DNA from: a virus
Lineage: Duplodnaviria; Caudoviricetes
Length of the DNA: 28,315 nt
Direction: 5' to 3' (one strand)
Virus record (IMG/VR): IMGVR_UViG_3300048861_000016
Location: 1-28,315 of that record
In this document: positions 25,709 to 28,315 of the stretch, piece by piece
How the letters are laid out: every line of letters starts with the position of its first letter
Numbering within the stretch: the first letter of the stretch is position 1
Program-made: the position numbers and the translations under genes
Notes under the pieces: model-generated
What the model was told of the DNA's origin: nothing
Seen by the model: the letters and a program-made list of their open reading frames with translations, nothing else
The model's database searches: none

Positions 25709-26226
25709 GCCTGCTCCCCGGTAGATGCAGCAGGGGCGGCGACAATCTCCCAATCGTGGCCGTTCTCGGTGATGTTGAAGATGCGGATCGTCGCGTTGGG
25801 GATGCGCTTCGCGAGTTGCACCTTCAATTCGAGTTCGCCGTTGACGGGCCATGCCTGATCAACTTCGTATTCGACAGCCTCGTCAATCGAATGGTGAAAG
25901 GTCTCGGTGTCGTAGTCGGGCCACACCATATCGGCGTCGTCTGCCGTGATCACCCGCACTCCCTCTGCCTGCTCTGCGGTGGGGGCGATGGACGGCGGAT
26001 AATCGCCGAAGTCGGTGACAGAGGTCTCGTTATCGAAGACCAAGCGGCCGAGGTCTTCCACCGACACTTCTTCAGCGTAGATTCCATCGGTATCGTGCTT
26101 GGCCGCGCGGTCGTCGGCTTCTTCGCGCGTGTGCGCATCGATGTAAAAAGTTTGCCAGCCAGCAGCTGACTCGATGCCTGCGCTGTAGAGAAACCGCTTG
26201 GTTGGCACTGCGTCTTCATTGCTCAT
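25705..26226 (-). CDS. hypothetical acidic protein
   Basis: AAGGAG upstream; 173 aa; two halves joined by an 'APTAEQAEG' linker. Confidence 0.7.
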   Translation of the reverse strand: MSNEDAVPTKRFLYSAGIESAAGWQTFYIDAHTREEADDRAAKHDTDGIYAEEVSVEDLGRLVFDNETSVTDFGDYPPSIAPTAEQAEGVRVITADDADMVWPDYDTETFHHSIDEAVEYEVDQAWPVNGELELKVQLAKRIPNATIRIFNITENGHDWEIVAAPAASTGEQA

Positions 26227-26273
26227 GGTCTCTCACTCCTTGTTCGGTTGCTTCGCGCGCTGCGCGGATGGGG

Positions 26274-26618
26274 TTAGGCGGCTCGCGCGTAAGTACGCTG
26301 GCAAATTCCAGTCATGCGCTTGAAAGAAGAAACGCCATTTGTTTCATCGACGAACATGGCCTTCACCGAGCCACGTGGCAGATCCTCTGGAGCGTCCAAT
26401 CCGCCGCCTGACTCGCGCACGAAATGACCATCAAATAGATAGTTTTCGACGCATTCCACGCAAGATACTGAGTGATCGCCGGTTCGCCGATATTCATCGT
26501 CATTGCGTATCCCGTGGACGGTCCGCATGTTGGCGGGCCGGAAGTTGAAGCGTGCACGCTTGGCGCTGTCCGGCGCCTCTGCGGCTTGAGTATCGAAAAG
26601 ACCGAATTGCTCGCTCAT
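26274..26618 (-). CDS. hypothetical protein
   Basis: GAGG RBS before ATG at 26618. Begins MSEQFGLFD and contains CVEC. Confidence 0.6.
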   Translation of the reverse strand: MSEQFGLFDTQAAEAPDSAKRARFNFRPANMRTVHGIRNDDEYRRTGDHSVSCVECVENYLFDGHFVRESGGGLDAPEDLPRGSVKAMFVDETNGVSSFKRMTGICQRTYARAA

Positions 26619-26643
26619 GCTCGCCTCAATAGAAGGGTTTATT

Positions 26644-26727
26644 CGTGTGGAAAAAGCGGGGCCGGTCCTGCGCCCCAAACACACGCCAAGCCACCGCACA
26701 CGGGGATCGTTGTGCGCGGGGCTATGG
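26644..26727 (-). promoter_or_regulatory. structured intergenic RNA element (two abutting hairpins)
   Basis: Minus strand: CCATAGCC-C-CGCGCAC/GTGTGCG-GT-GGCTTGG, immediately followed by CGTGTG..GGGGC/GCCCC..CACACG. Confidence 0.5.
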
Positions 26728-27243
26728 TTACTCGTCGTTCTCGTCGAACAGAGTCGGATCCACATCGGGCGGCGTCAGCGTGATCGAGCATTCCTGCATC
26801 AGCATCCGCGCGATCTTTCCGTGGTCGCTTTCGCTGAACGGCTGGGCATGCGCCTTGAAGCTGATCTGCACGCTGCCGCCTTCGAGCGGGTTGATGCCGA
26901 TGTGCTTCAGGTCGACTTCGTTCAGCAGCACGTCTTCCTTGCCCGTAGCGCCGATCAGGAAGCGCAGTTGATACCCGGCGTACTCTTTGTTCCACGACGG
27001 GTTTTTGAGCAGCGGAAAGCGCAGTTCAGTCAGTTCGTCCGTTTCGAGCGGCAGAGCGCCCGGCTTCGGCTGTTCGCGGCGGAAGAAGAACCCGCGCAGC
27101 GCGTCGTCGAAGTGGTTGAGCAGCGTGCTCGCGCCGGTGATCGACAGGCCGATCGATACCGCCGGGACGCGCGCGTTACCGTGCTTCTCGGCGATGTTGG
27201 TCACGCTGGTGACGGTTGCTGCGTGTTCGGTGAGAGAGAACAT
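26728..27243 (-). CDS. hypothetical phage protein
   Basis: AAGGAG RBS; 171 aa; codon usage like neighbouring genes; acidic C-terminal tail. Confidence 0.75.
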   Translation of the reverse strand: MFSLTEHAATVTSVTNIAEKHGNARVPAVSIGLSITGASTLLNHFDDALRGFFFRREQPKPGALPLETDELTELRFPLLKNPSWNKEYAGYQLRFLIGATGKEDVLLNEVDLKHIGINPLEGGSVQISFKAHAQPFSESDHGKIARMLMQECSITLTPPDVDPTLFDENDE

Positions 27244-27270
27244 CGGGGAATGCTCCTTGGTGGTTGAGGG

Positions 27271-27453
27271 TTACTGCTTCGGCTGACGCGCCGCGATGTC
27301 GCGGATGCGTGCGGCAACGCGTTCGGGGACTGCGATCACCTGGCCGCCGTCGAGAGCGGCGAACGCGGGCCGCAGAAGCTCGTGATCGACTGGCGACATA
27401 GGCGTGTGGCGGATCTGGTTCAGTTGCTGCCAGAGGTCGTTGCTGGCGGTCAT
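27271..27453 (-). CDS. hypothetical protein (60 aa)
   Basis: GGAGGG RBS and ATGA overlap at 27453. Confidence 0.6.
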   Translation of the reverse strand: MTASNDLWQQLNQIRHTPMSPVDHELLRPAFAALDGGQVIAVPERVAARIRDIAARQPKQ

Positions 27454-27698
27454 TTCGGCCCCTCCAGACGCGGCGGTTCGGTATAGACAGGCAGCTGCGC
27501 ACCGTAGACGCGCGCTCGGTATTCGGCCCATTCCGCCTCCGTGCGCATTGCGTAACGAGCGCTGCCGATATGTGGGTGCGTCAGTTCTGCGATCGTGCCA
27601 AGCATTTCGTCCCAGCAAAGACCGTCTGCAAACCGATCGCCTTCGTGCACGGTGAAGTCATTCTTGTCGTCGATGCAGATGGTGATTTGGCGCATCAC
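27450..27698 (-). CDS. hypothetical protein
   Basis: GGAGGG RBS; start overlaps the exonuclease stop; 'LCWDEMLG.IA.LT'. Confidence 0.65.
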   Translation of the reverse strand: MMRQITICIDDKNDFTVHEGDRFADGLCWDEMLGTIAELTHPHIGSARYAMRTEAEWAEYRARVYGAQLPVYTEPPRLEGPK

Positions 27699-28315
27699 GC
27701 AGCCCTCCGACGCAGAATCGCTTCTGTCTCGCTCACGAAGTGTTCGAACTCGATCAGGTCTTTCTCAAGCTTCTCGATGAACGCTTCATCGCGCTCGACG
27801 CGGCGGTGATAGATCTGCTTGCCGATCACTTCGAGCTGCGGGCAGTACATGACGAAGTCGGCCCAGCGTCGGCCGGTGATCCACATGCCACCCTGAATCT
27901 GGTGCATGTAGTCGGACATATCGCCGTCGCGCCACATGGCGACGATCTTCTCTGCGCTCGCGAGCGACTTGATCTCGATCAGCCCGTCGTCTCCGACAAA
28001 GCCGTCCGTCGAATAGCCGAACAGACGATCATCGGTCAGCACGACGCCCGACTCGGTCGCGAAGTTGCCGGTCAGCGCCTCGTACTCCATGCGCGCGGCG
28101 GGCTCAAGCTCGGTGCCGCGCTTCATCTGCCACGTCGTGAAGCCTTCGTCGCTCGGCTGGTGACTGATGCGCTCGATCGCCACCTGTGCCGCGTAGAGTG
28201 TCGACTTGGCGGTGCGTTCACCTTTCTTCGTCAGGTCGACAGCGTCGCCAAACTTGCTGGCGGTGATGACGCCGGCGCGCGCGGCGTGCCATTCTTGCGT
28301 TCCCTGTTGGCATTG
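27695..28315 (-). CDS. YqaJ / lambda-exonuclease family recombination nuclease (5' truncated by window)
   Basis: Frame is open to the window edge. 'QGTQEWHAARAGVITAS', 'RGTELEP.AR..YE', 'STDG', 'EIK', 'Y..QIQG.MW' motifs. Confidence 0.92.
   Translation of the reverse strand, partial: QCQQGTQEWHAARAGVITASKFGDAVDLTKKGERTAKSTLYAAQVAIERISHQPSDEGFTTWQMKRGTELEPAARMEYEALTGNFATESGVVLTDDRLFGYSTDGFVGDDGLIEIKSLASAEKIVAMWRDGDMSDYMHQIQGGMWITGRRWADFVMYCPQLEVIGKQIYHRRVERDEAFIEKLEKDLIEFEHFVSETEAILRRRAA

Noticed and set aside
1-28315. CRISPR array, tRNA genes, diversity-generating retroelement, invertible tail cassette
   Set aside because: By eye I found no periodic repeats, cloverleaf, reverse transcriptase or invertase. 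Dedicated scans were not run.

Overview
The whole window is one GC-rich temperate phage segment with P22-like podovirus morphogenesis genes. A Burkholderiaceae-type host is an inference from composition and gene style only. On the + strand come the end of a nin-like region (RuvC-like resolvase fragment, a Tad2/DUF2829 anti-defence protein, small ORFs), then terS, terL, portal, scaffold, an N4-gp56-type major capsid, head-tail and tail genes, three DNA-ejection proteins, a beta-helix tailspike and a lysis cassette with a GH108 endolysin. On the - strand an early operon runs from a YqaJ exonuclease through small mosaic ORFs and an HNH-AP2 endonuclease to xis and a tyrosine integrase. The two arms converge on an apparently intact attP (paired arm repeats, perfect IHF site), so this looks like the excised or virion configuration. 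The main unexplained signals are: (1) a tandem G·G-mismatch hairpin motif just before the scaffold gene; (2) an antisense membrane-protein gene with its own sigma70-like promoter at the P22 sieA position; (3) an 84-nt double-hairpin element in the early operon; (4) an unannotated 23-aa ORF coupled to xis; (5) no recognisable spanins. All family assignments come from motif recognition and synteny; no searches were run.
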